Positions 29,319 through 38,166 of a DNA stretch of 38,672 nucleotides are shown piece after piece. The stretch spans positions 1 through 38,672 of the forward strand of contig JBAXJR010000023.1 of assembly GCA_037137755.1 (NCBI GenBank), read 5' to 3'. Within the stretch, counting starts at the first letter, position 1. The number at the start of each line of letters is the position of its first letter. Under the pieces are notes generated by a model. The model worked only from the letters and a program-made list of their open reading frames with translations. It did not search any database and had not been told where the DNA came from. Origin of the DNA: Methanomicrobiales archaeon. GTDB lineage: Archaea; Halobacteriota; Methanomicrobia; Methanomicrobiales; Methanospirillaceae. Made by a program: the position numbers and the translations under genes.

Positions 29319-29684
29319 ATGAAGAGCGGGCTGAAGGAATCCGGAGAACAACACAAACCTTACGGATTCATCATCCCTGCCGGTATCCTTATCGGACTCG
29401 GCGTGGGCATGCTCGTAGATAACGTTGGTTCCGGATTCCTTGTTGGCCTTGGACTCGGATTTCTTGGTTCGGGACTGTTTCCCATATTCAGGAAACAACA
29501 GATGAGTGAGGGGGTGCTGCCGGAAAGCACGGATGTGACATTGCTTCTAATCGGTGCCTTCCTGGTCTTTATCGGGATCGGGTTTGTTCTGGCGCCAGCC
29601 GCAATCTGGCCGTATGCCATTGCCGGATTCCTCATTCTCATGGGGATCTGGTTCCTGGTCCGGGGATTTTACAAGATCTCCTAA
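29319..29684 (+). CDS. Small Gly-rich membrane protein
   Basis: GILIGLGVG...GFLVGLGLG glycine-zipper helices, 4 TM; start uncertain (29271 or 29319). Confidence 0.7.
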   Translation: MKSGLKESGEQHKPYGFIIPAGILIGLGVGMLVDNVGSGFLVGLGLGFLGSGLFPIFRKQQMSEGVLPESTDVTLLLIGAFLVFIGIGFVLAPAAIWPYAIAGFLILMGIWFLVRGFYKIS

Positions 29685-29720
29685 TGGAGGGAGAATAGGA
29701 CGAATTCTGGTGAGACTGAC

Positions 29721-30287
29721 ATGATTGCGGCTATTGTAGCAACTATCCTTCCCCTTGGCTTCCTGGCTGTTTTATTCGGCGGAGGGGCGTTATTTCTGCG
29801 TAACAATGTTGAACAGGACGGTGAGGCCCCAATAAACAGGACCCTGTTTTATATCAGTAAATACTCGATTCTTGCCCTTTGGGGGGCGATGGTCCTTCAG
29901 ATCTGGGGAATCGGTATGACGGTTTTTGAAGTGCCCCCGTTCCTCCAGGTAACAGGCCTGGCATTATGGTTTTTCGGATTTGTACTTTTATATATCGGAA
30001 GGTTCGAAATGGGAAGTTCGTTCCGCCTGGGGACCGCAAAGGAACACACGAGTCTCAGGGTCGACGGGTTATTCAGGTTGAGCAGAAATCCGATGTACAT
30101 CGGTATGTATGCAACGCTGATTGCATCCGGCCTCTATACTATGGACCCGGTTGTGATATTACTTGCAGCATTCGTCATATCTATCCACCATTTCATAGTA
30201 CTTGCGGAGGAGAACCAGATGCACAAGGTATTTGGGCAGGAATATCTGGATTATCGTAACCGGGTGCGGCGCTATATCTTTGTTTGA
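29721..30287 (+). CDS. ICMT/PEMT-family membrane methyltransferase
   Basis: LRVDGLFRLSRNPMYIG, EE..M...FG.EY.DY...VRR. Confidence 0.87.
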   Translation: MIAAIVATILPLGFLAVLFGGGALFLRNNVEQDGEAPINRTLFYISKYSILALWGAMVLQIWGIGMTVFEVPPFLQVTGLALWFFGFVLLYIGRFEMGSSFRLGTAKEHTSLRVDGLFRLSRNPMYIGMYATLIASGLYTMDPVVILLAAFVISIHHFIVLAEENQMHKVFGQEYLDYRNRVRRYIFV

Positions 30288-30492
30288 ATGCAGGTAAGGC
30301 AGGGGGATCCTGACTTCAATATTTTTTTATGATTTGAACAGCTAGATCATAATCACAGATGATTTTTGATGTACTATTTCAATGGCATGTAATGGTTACT
30401 TTAAGTATTCAATAAAAAAACGTACTTTTAATATTTATCTGACTTGATCGGTCAACCTGCCGTAAGCCTGTAATTACCATATTCCATGGTTA

Positions 30493-30725
30493 TTATCGAG
30501 GTCCCACTCGTTTAGACGGACAACAGGTACTCTGGCATGTGGCAGTGCAGGTCTTCGAATGGAGGTTATCCCTCTTCTCAGCCCATTGAATCAAAGGGAT
30601 AATTGCTTCACACACAGTTGTTTTCCATCTTCTGTCAGAGAATATTCAACCCGCGGGGGTATTTCAGAAAATGCTTCCCGGTGGATCAGGCCTGTTTTCT
30701 GGAGATCTTTGATGACTGAGGTTAA
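30493..30725 (-). pseudogene. HxlR-family winged-helix regulator remnant (5' truncated, frameshifted)
   Basis: Minus strand reads IKDLQKTGLIHREAFSEIPPRVEYSLTEDGKQL. After a 2-nt shift in a TG repeat (~30608-30616) it continues EAIIPLIQWAEKR...CTATCQSTCCPSKRVGPR*. An in-frame stop lies just upstream. Confidence 0.8.
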
Positions 30726-30871
30726 TTGTCCTACCAAGATAGATCAGGACCCGGGCAGGATTGATTGAAAAACTTCAACCAACTGCGGTCATTCCACAGT
30801 GCGAAATCGTCCACCTCAATTAATAAGAAGATAATAAAAGGGCCTTCAAGGGCCCTGTCTCATGATAAAAA

Positions 30872-31210
30872 TTACTTTTTCACAGTTGTGTTGTTGACCT
30901 TTGTACCATTTGATGCGGTAACATTGGACGCGGTCAGGTTGGAGGTGGTCTTGTTTGTAGCTGAAAGATTTGTCACCGGGGTCTTAACCGTTGCATTCTG
31001 TGCAGATGCATTCACCGTGACAGGTTTGGTAATTTCAGCGGGGGCAGAGGTTGTTGTTACAACCTGGGTTGTCGGGACCGGCGTTGCAACGGGTGTTGAA
31101 ACGGTAGTGGTCGGGGTTGTTGCGGGCGGGGTCGAGGTACAACCAGCGGTAATCATGACCACTGCAATGACAAAGACTAGTAATAACGAAGATACTTTAA
31201 TCCAGCTCAT
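30872..31210 (-). CDS. Small Thr/Asn-rich surface lipoprotein-like protein
   Basis: Signal peptide ending TAGC, PT-rich linker, dense NxS/T sequons; GGAG upstream of ATG 31210. Confidence 0.75.
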   Translation of the reverse strand: MSWIKVSSLLLVFVIAVVMITAGCTSTPPATTPTTTVSTPVATPVPTTQVVTTTSAPAEITKPVTVNASAQNATVKTPVTNLSATNKTTSNLTASNVTASNGTKVNNTTVKK

Positions 31211-31407
31211 GTAAATTTCTCCAGCCAGATATATCATCTGATATATTATAAATGCACACCGATTTACTTCCGAAAAAATTTAGAGCCGGATTCCAAATCC
31301 CACCGTTTTTAAGCACATTTATTTATCCCTTATGTTGAAGGAATGTATTGAACATTTATTGGGCCCGGTGGAGAGAATCTACCGGTGGTGCCCTCGCTGA
31401 CCTCCCA

Positions 31408-32838
31408 TCACCACCCGAGGAACAGGGTCTTTGTCCGGGTATACCCCTGCAATGCCCGGTAACCATTTTCCCGTCCGGTCCCGCTTTCCTTTGTCCCTCC
31501 GAACGGTATTTCCGGGGGTACCGTAACGTGCCGGTTTACCCAGACAATACCTGCATGCACGTCCTGAAATACGCGCTTCACTGTTCCAAGGTCACTCGTC
31601 CATACCGAGGCCCCAAGCCCATAGGGACTCAGGTTCGCCTGTGAAATGGCATTATCGAGGTCAGGAAACACCACGATGGGGAGAATGGGGCCGAATATTT
31701 CCCCGGTCAACAGGGACGAGTCATCTGCAACATCCCCAACCAGGGTAGGCCCAAAGAAATACCCCTTATCATATCCCCCTCCCTTTAACGGACTTCCACC
31801 GGTGAGAATAGTACCTTCCCCATTCTCGCTGACGGATTTCATAATCCCTGACAGGGCATCATACTGCTGCCGGTTGTTGAGGGGACCCATTTCTACATGG
31901 GGATCAAGCCCGTTCCCCACTTGAAGCGATTCAACACGCCCTTTTAACTGGCGGATAAATGATTCGGCAATATCCTTATGCACGAAAAGTCGTTTTACCG
32001 CGGTGCATACCTGTCCCGCGTTGTAGAACCGACCCCGCAACGCACCCTCAACCGCTTTCGGCACGTCTGCATCATTCATGACGATCATCGGGTCTGACCC
32101 GCCAAGTTCCAGGACCAGGTCCCTGCTACGGGATCCTGCAAGTTCCCTGATGCGGCACCCGGTCGCACAACTGCCGGTGAATGAGACTTTTTGTACTGAC
32201 GGATGAGTAATGATCGCTTCCCCGGCAGAGCCACCACTTCCTGTAACTATATTCAATACCCCTGGAGGGAGGCCGGCTTCTTCGAGGATTTTGGAGATTG
32301 AGAGAACAGTCAGGGGTGCTGTTGATGAAGGTTTCATAACCATGGTGTTTCCGGCGAGTAATGCCGGTGCGGTCTTCCAGCCCATAATAAGAACCGGCAT
32401 GTTCCAGGGAATGATTGCCCCGCAGACCCCCAGGGGTTCATGGACTACCATGCAGTCACCCTGGCTGCCCAGGTGGACCGCATCTCCCGCAGGCTGCGAG
32501 GAGAGGCCGGCATAAAATTCAAGGATATTGCAAAAACCCCGGACCTCATCAGTTGCTTCCCGAAGGGGTTTTCCCTGTTCCATGGTAAGGAGCCGGGCGA
32601 GTCGCTTATGATCATCCCGGACCCTTGAAGCTGCGTGGAAAAGAAGGACACCACGTTCCCGCATGGTTTTTTCTGACCATTTCCGGCATGCTGATTCTGC
32701 AGATTCTACTGCCCCCCTTACATCTTCAGGCGTTCCGTCCGGAACGTTATCGATTACCTCACCAGTCGCCGGATTTAGTACGTCCCGCCATCCAGCACTG
32801 GCGGATGGGACTTCAGCTCCGTTTATTCGCATGTACAT
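31408..32838 (-). CDS. NAD(P)-dependent aldehyde dehydrogenase
   Basis: IIPWNMP, KPSS, FTGS, LELGGSDP, NAGQVCTA (catalytic Cys), EIFGP, PFGG.K.SG.GRE. Confidence 0.94.
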   Translation of the reverse strand: MYMRINGAEVPSASAGWRDVLNPATGEVIDNVPDGTPEDVRGAVESAESACRKWSEKTMRERGVLLFHAASRVRDDHKRLARLLTMEQGKPLREATDEVRGFCNILEFYAGLSSQPAGDAVHLGSQGDCMVVHEPLGVCGAIIPWNMPVLIMGWKTAPALLAGNTMVMKPSSTAPLTVLSISKILEEAGLPPGVLNIVTGSGGSAGEAIITHPSVQKVSFTGSCATGCRIRELAGSRSRDLVLELGGSDPMIVMNDADVPKAVEGALRGRFYNAGQVCTAVKRLFVHKDIAESFIRQLKGRVESLQVGNGLDPHVEMGPLNNRQQYDALSGIMKSVSENGEGTILTGGSPLKGGGYDKGYFFGPTLVGDVADDSSLLTGEIFGPILPIVVFPDLDNAISQANLSPYGLGASVWTSDLGTVKRVFQDVHAGIVWVNRHVTVPPEIPFGGTKESGTGRENGYRALQGYTRTKTLFLGW

Positions 32839-33113
32839 TTCAGAGACCCCTTGATTGTGGATTTGATTTTTACAATTATTTGGTGAAATACTGAACAGGC
32901 AGATAATTACTGTTCAAATGAACCTCAGCCTGATCGATTACACTACAATGGTACCAGGTTGTTGCTATATCATACTACCAGCCGTTCCACCGGTGAGAAC
33001 ATCAGATCTCCTGGCTACCGTGTAGGGATACTACAATGAATGTGTTCAGGATAGAACTATTTTCATAGAAACGACATGCATTGAAGTCTGATGAATACGT
33101 AAAAGAAGACGGG

Positions 33114-33983
33114 TTAATCAATCCCGGTTAGTACCGCCCCGAGGGGTGCCACTTTTTCCTTCAGTTCACGGCAAATCTGTGAAATCGCGACAATTCCCGG
33201 GCGGAAACCTGAGGATATTGCCGTTACATAGATCTCTTCAGGTCCAGGCGGGATCAACCGGTTCCTTATCGCTACCGATGTGAGAACGCTGGCTCCGGCA
33301 ATGGTCCGCTCCCTGTTGATATTCCCGGTCAATGCAGCAAGTTTTTCGTACCCACCGCCACCAATCCCGGCCGGAAAACTGATTCCCGCGGTTAACGATA
33401 CAATGACACCACGATTATCGCTCATCATGCCAGGATTTTTTTCTGATCTCCCTGATTTTTGTTTATCCCCCTGGCAGGTTTTGTAATCTTTAGGACATTG
33501 CATACATTCCGGAGGGATTGAATTCTTTTCCATCCATTCCACCCGGATCTTCTCATCCTGGCTGTTTTTAGTCTGGATCTCAGGGAAAATCCGGATATCC
33601 CGGATGACCTGTTCAATCGTGGGATCAGTCATCAGTGCGTTTGGAGCGGGAAGGTCCCCGAATACAATACCAGGAATTTCTATTGATTTGAAACCCTCAA
33701 TAATTGCGAAGTCCGTGCCGAGGTCTGCCAGCCGGTAGAGGGAATGAAGCAGGTCCGGGTCACGGATCAGGATAACAGATTTTTCAGTGTCAATGCCTTC
33801 AGAACTCTTCACTCCTGATTCAAAGAAGAGCGTGGTATCCTTTCCTTCCGGAAGAGCGTAGGTATGGTGCCCGAGATGCTTGATGGTCGCAACAGTACCA
33901 AGTTTTTGTAATTCAACGGCCAGCCTGGTAATGAAAGTTGTTTTACCTGAACCGGAATGTCCGACGATATGAATCGCTTTCAA
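33114..33983 (-). CDS. mobB: Molybdopterin-guanine dinucleotide biosynthesis protein MobB with degenerate MoaE-like C-terminus
   Basis: GHSGSGKTT, VATIKH.GH, GKDT, IIEGFK; TTG start; C-terminal domain has a MoaE-like pattern without the usual conserved motifs. Confidence 0.82.
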   Translation of the reverse strand: MKAIHIVGHSGSGKTTFITRLAVELQKLGTVATIKHLGHHTYALPEGKDTTLFFESGVKSSEGIDTEKSVILIRDPDLLHSLYRLADLGTDFAIIEGFKSIEIPGIVFGDLPAPNALMTDPTIEQVIRDIRIFPEIQTKNSQDEKIRVEWMEKNSIPPECMQCPKDYKTCQGDKQKSGRSEKNPGMMSDNRGVIVSLTAGISFPAGIGGGGYEKLAALTGNINRERTIAGASVLTSVAIRNRLIPPGPEEIYVTAISSGFRPGIVAISQICRELKEKVAPLGAVLTGID

Positions 33984-34280
33984 TCAGGATCCTCTCCCTA
34001 TGTTCCTTTATTAATAATACACCCGGATAGTAAAAAACCACAGGACAAATATCCACCGTTAGATTATATACAGCTCCTAAAATTGCGAATGAATAGAGAA
34101 ATCCGGGTATCCCCGACTATCCGGTATCTGGCAGATTGTTACCGTCAGTGGACCCCTTCTCCACTCTACCAACTGGAACTCCAATTGATACTCCAAGTGG
34201 TTTTACAATTGGTTTACATTAACAAAATGTTAAATGAATACATTCATATCGTCCTATCCTACAGTTTTAACGATCGTACT

Positions 34281-36260
34281 ATGACCAGAAATTCACACTA
34301 TGTACTCATTGTTGCCCTTATGGTGTTGCTCGTTGCAACGGCAGGCTTTGCCGGTTGTACCAGTACTTCACCCACAACCCAGTCGACAACACCTGTTGCA
34401 ACCGTGACCACCACCCAGCCGGTTAGCACACCGGTCACCACACAGGTAGTGACAGCTGTCTCAACACCGACAAAACCAACGGGGGCTCCACAGACCTTGT
34501 TAGTCGCTACAACAACGAGTCTCTATGATACCGGGCTCCTCGATTATCTCCAGCCGATGTTTGAAAACCAGACCGGAAACAAACTGAAGATCACGTCGCA
34601 GGGGACCGGGAAAGCGATTGAACTTGCAAAACGTGGTGACGCGGACATTCTTCTCGTCCATGACCCGGCAAGCGAAATGCAGTTCATGGAGAATGGTACA
34701 GGGTTGAACCGCCGGAGCTTTGCGGACAATTACTTCGAGATTGTCGGACCTGCAAGCGATCCTGCCGGTATCAAGGGAATGACTCCTGAAGCCGCTTTCA
34801 CCAAGATCATGGCTGAAGGTAAGAAGGGGACACCCGGAGTGGCTTTCGTCTCAAGAGGAGATGGTTCCGGTACCCAGTCGGCCGAGAAGAGGATTTGGGC
34901 CAATGCGAAGTACAACTATGCAAAGGATGTCCAGAACTCAGGAAAATGGTATGTAGAGGCTGGAAAGGGCATGGGAGAGACGCTCCAGATGGCAAGCGAG
35001 AAGGGAGCGTATACCCTCACCGATGAAGGGACTTACCTCGCCTACAAGGGAAAACTTAACCTTGAGCCGATTATTACAACTGGCGATTCTCTCTTAAATG
35101 TATACAGCGTTATGACCGTTTACAACGCAAAACAACCAGCTGAAAAAATCAGCGCTGCAAATGACTTTGTCAATTTCCTGATAGCACCTAGTACCCAGGC
35201 AGCAATTGCAGCCTATGGAAAGGACAAGTATGGCAAGAGCCTCTTCACCCCGATGTCCGCAGGAGTGCCAAAAGGTATACCCGCCGGTATCGCTGTTGAT
35301 TACACCACACCTGCAGTCGCGACAAAACCGTTGATCATCTTCAATGCAGGAAGCCTCCTGAACTCGTTCACCAAGGTTGCGGTACTCTATGTAAAAGCTC
35401 ACCCTGACACTGATGTGCAGATCTATTCAGGTGCAACCAGCGCCATGATTGACAAGATCACGAAGAATGGTGAGAAATCTGACATCCTTGGAAGCGCCGA
35501 TGCTGTGCTTATTCCAAAGCAGATGTTCCCGAAATATGCGGATTATTACGTGAAATTTGCAAAGAACTCAATGGTCCTGATGTACACGAACCAGAGTCAG
35601 TATGCAAACGAGATCACATCCGACAACTGGTATAAGATCCTCGAGCGAGATGGCGTCAGGGTTGTCACCAGTGACCCGAACACAGACCCCGGCGGATACC
35701 GTGCATACCAGACCGTTAAGCTTTCAGAGCGGTATTATGGTCTTGATAATATCTTCAGCACCATCATAGGCTCACACAGCAAGATTACGACTTCCGCTGT
35801 AGACGGTGCATATGTAATCGATGTGACAAATGCAACCCCTGACGGAAAAGGTCTGATTATTGCTGCGACCGGTCCGAAACCGATTGACCTCCTGAAAGCA
35901 GGGAGCGCAGATTATTACCTCGGCTACATGAACACGGCTGTTGAGAACAAGGTATCATATATCTCACTGCCCCCTGAGATGGATCTCTCTAACCCGGCAA
36001 TGGCTGATAAGTATGCCACGGTAAAGATTAAGCGGACTCTCGGTACAGGAACGACCCTTGAGACAGGAATACCGATTGAGTACGGTATCACCGTCCCAAC
36101 CGTTGCTGTGAACCCGTCTGCGGGTATCCAGTTCATCCAGCTGCTCCTCGGCAGTGACGGCCAGGCAATCCTGAACGGGAACGGCCTGCCACCCATCGTC
36201 CCGCCGACCGGATTTGGAAACGTCCCGTCATCCCTAATGCCACCCGTGGTAAAGGGCTGA
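34281..36260 (+). CDS. tupA: Fused substrate-binding lipoprotein: TupA-type domain plus WtpA/ModA-type domain
   Basis: Lipobox FAGC, Thr-rich linker. TupA motifs: ATTTSLYDTGLL, GTG.A, SRGD.SGT. Second SBP: FNAGSL, SAD, DPNTDPGGY, IEYGITVP. Start 34281 by homology to the downstream copy. Confidence 0.87.
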   Translation: MTRNSHYVLIVALMVLLVATAGFAGCTSTSPTTQSTTPVATVTTTQPVSTPVTTQVVTAVSTPTKPTGAPQTLLVATTTSLYDTGLLDYLQPMFENQTGNKLKITSQGTGKAIELAKRGDADILLVHDPASEMQFMENGTGLNRRSFADNYFEIVGPASDPAGIKGMTPEAAFTKIMAEGKKGTPGVAFVSRGDGSGTQSAEKRIWANAKYNYAKDVQNSGKWYVEAGKGMGETLQMASEKGAYTLTDEGTYLAYKGKLNLEPIITTGDSLLNVYSVMTVYNAKQPAEKISAANDFVNFLIAPSTQAAIAAYGKDKYGKSLFTPMSAGVPKGIPAGIAVDYTTPAVATKPLIIFNAGSLLNSFTKVAVLYVKAHPDTDVQIYSGATSAMIDKITKNGEKSDILGSADAVLIPKQMFPKYADYYVKFAKNSMVLMYTNQSQYANEITSDNWYKILERDGVRVVTSDPNTDPGGYRAYQTVKLSERYYGLDNIFSTIIGSHSKITTSAVDGAYVIDVTNATPDGKGLIIAATGPKPIDLLKAGSADYYLGYMNTAVENKVSYISLPPEMDLSNPAMADKYATVKIKRTLGTGTTLETGIPIEYGITVPTVAVNPSAGIQFIQLLLGSDGQAILNGNGLPPIVPPTGFGNVPSSLMPPVVKG

Positions 36261-36268
36261 CGGTCAAT

Positions 36269-36286
36269 CTCATTTTTCTCTTTTTT
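36269..36286 (+). terminator. Pyrimidine-tract terminator, duplicated after both tupA-like genes
   Basis: CTCATTTTTCTCTTTTTT, identical at 36269-36286 and 37971-37988. Confidence 0.6.
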
Positions 36287-36465
36287 CAGATCATTTCAAA
36301 CAGTTGAATAATTTCCATTAAATATTATTTTTTATTCGAAAACGGAGATATACTAAGCCCCTGTGATCTTGACCGGATACTGATGCCAGGTATATGTTGC
36401 GATATTAGGAAATCGTAAATGAAAACATTCATATCACGTTATCCTATAATTTTATCGATCGTACT

Positions 36466-37962
36466 ATGACCAAGAATTCACATTATGTACTCATCGTTGC
36501 CATGATGGTGTTGCTCGTTGCAACGGCAGGCTTTGCCGGTTGTACCGGTACTACACCCGCAACCCAGCCGACAACACCTGTTGCAACCGTGACCACAACC
36601 CAGCCGGTTAGCACAACGGTCGCTACAGTGGTAGTTACCGCGGTACCAACCACGGCAAAACCAACAGGGCCTCCACAGACCCTGCTGGTCGCCACGACAA
36701 CGAGCCTCTATGATACAGGACTCCTCGATTATCTCCAGCCGATGTTTGAAAAACAGACCGGCGACAAACTGAAGATCACGTCGCAAGGGACCGGAAAGGC
36801 CATCGAACTTGCAAAACGCGGCGATGCAGATATCCTGCTCGTACATGACCCGGCAAGCGAAATGGCGTTCATGGAGAACGGTACCGGGCTAAACCGCCGC
36901 ACCTTTGCCGACAATTACTTCATTATCGTTGGACCACCCAATGACCCTGCAGGTATCAAGGGTATGACCCCCGAAGCAGCGTTTGCTAAGATCAGGGCTG
37001 ACGGGAAGAACAATACCGCGGGCGTTGCATTCGTCTCAAGAGGTGACGGGTCCGGCACTCATTCAGCAGAAAAGAGGATCTGGGCAAATGATAAGCTAAA
37101 CTATGCAAAGGACGTCCAGAACTCAGGGAAATGGTACGTAGAAGCTGGCAAGGGCATGGGAGAGACGCTCCAGATGGCCAGTGAGAAAGGGGCATACACC
37201 ATCACCGACGAAGGGACGTACCTCGCCTACAAGGGAAAACTCAAACTTGACCCGATTGTTACACAGGGCGACTCACTCCTGAATGTCTACAGCGTTATGA
37301 CCGTATACAACCCGAAACAGCCGGTTGAAAAGATCAACGCTGCCAATGACTTTGTTAATTTCCTGATTGCACCTGATACCCAGGCAGCAATTGCAGCCTA
37401 TGGAAAGGATAAGTACAACAAGAGCCTCTTTACACCAATAACCGCAGGGGTGCCCAAAGGCATACCCACTGGTATAGCGGTGGATTACACGACTCCGGCA
37501 GTTGCAACAAAACCACTGGTTATCTTCAGTGACAAGGGACTCTCGCCTGCCTTCGTAAAACTTGCAAACCTCTATGTGGTAAAATACCCTGACACCGATG
37601 TCCAGGTCTATTTCGGTCCAACCAGCACCATGGTTACCAAGATCACGAAGAACGGTGAGACCGCTGACGCCATTGCAGTCGCAGATCCAACGGTCCTCGA
37701 AACACAGATGTACCCGAAATATGCGGAATATTATGTCAAATTTGCAAGCCAGACTAATGCAACGACGGGTGTAAAAACTGAGTACGCTATTACCGTCCCA
37801 TTAGTTGCGATTAATCCTGACGGTGGTCTCCAGTGGATCCAGTTGCTCCTCGGAGATAGCGGCAAGGCAATCCTGAAGGATAACGGCCTGACACCAGTTG
37901 ATCCACCATTAGGACGTGGAAATGTCCCCTATTCCCTCATGCCACCCGTTCAAAAGGCCTGA
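36466..37962 (+). CDS. tupA: TupA-type binding lipoprotein with internally deleted WtpA/ModA-like domain (tandem paralog)
   Basis: N-terminal region nearly identical to 34281 copy (TTTS, SRGDGSGTH). Second domain jumps from YYVKFA to EYAITVP via a short linker. Confidence 0.87.
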   Translation: MTKNSHYVLIVAMMVLLVATAGFAGCTGTTPATQPTTPVATVTTTQPVSTTVATVVVTAVPTTAKPTGPPQTLLVATTTSLYDTGLLDYLQPMFEKQTGDKLKITSQGTGKAIELAKRGDADILLVHDPASEMAFMENGTGLNRRTFADNYFIIVGPPNDPAGIKGMTPEAAFAKIRADGKNNTAGVAFVSRGDGSGTHSAEKRIWANDKLNYAKDVQNSGKWYVEAGKGMGETLQMASEKGAYTITDEGTYLAYKGKLKLDPIVTQGDSLLNVYSVMTVYNPKQPVEKINAANDFVNFLIAPDTQAAIAAYGKDKYNKSLFTPITAGVPKGIPTGIAVDYTTPAVATKPLVIFSDKGLSPAFVKLANLYVVKYPDTDVQVYFGPTSTMVTKITKNGETADAIAVADPTVLETQMYPKYAEYYVKFASQTNATTGVKTEYAITVPLVAINPDGGLQWIQLLLGDSGKAILKDNGLTPVDPPLGRGNVPYSLMPPVQKA

Positions 37963-37970
37963 TGGGTACC

Positions 37971-37988
37971 CTCATTTTTCTCTTTTTT
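37971..37988 (+). terminator. Pyrimidine-tract terminator (second copy)
   Basis: Same 18-mer as 36269-36286, 8 nt after the stop codon in both cases. Confidence 0.6.
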
Positions 37989-38166
37989 GTAAATTACACT
38001 CGTTAAGATTGCGATTTCCTAATTTTGACGGTTTTTTTTTCGCGGAGGATAGGTAAAATAAAAGAGATCCCGGTCAGAGCATGGTAATGATGTTATTTAT
38101 ATATGGCTTAAAAAGCAACTTTAAACGGAGATTATTTCTTATTGGGAATGGGGGGTGAAGTGAACC

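Noticed and set aside
21578-30725. Bona fide mobile element for the ars island
   Set aside because: No integrase, transposase, tRNA target or flanking direct repeats found; accessory status is inferred from gene content and the pseudogene only
30559-31214. Plus-strand ORFs 30559..30768 and 30765..31214
   Set aside because: Antisense shadows of the HxlR remnant and the Thr-rich lipoprotein
33957-34280. 108-aa N-terminal extension of the TupA fusion in the ORF track
   Set aside because: The paralog at 36466 and the signal peptide place the true start at 34281; the extension overlaps mobB and promoter DNA
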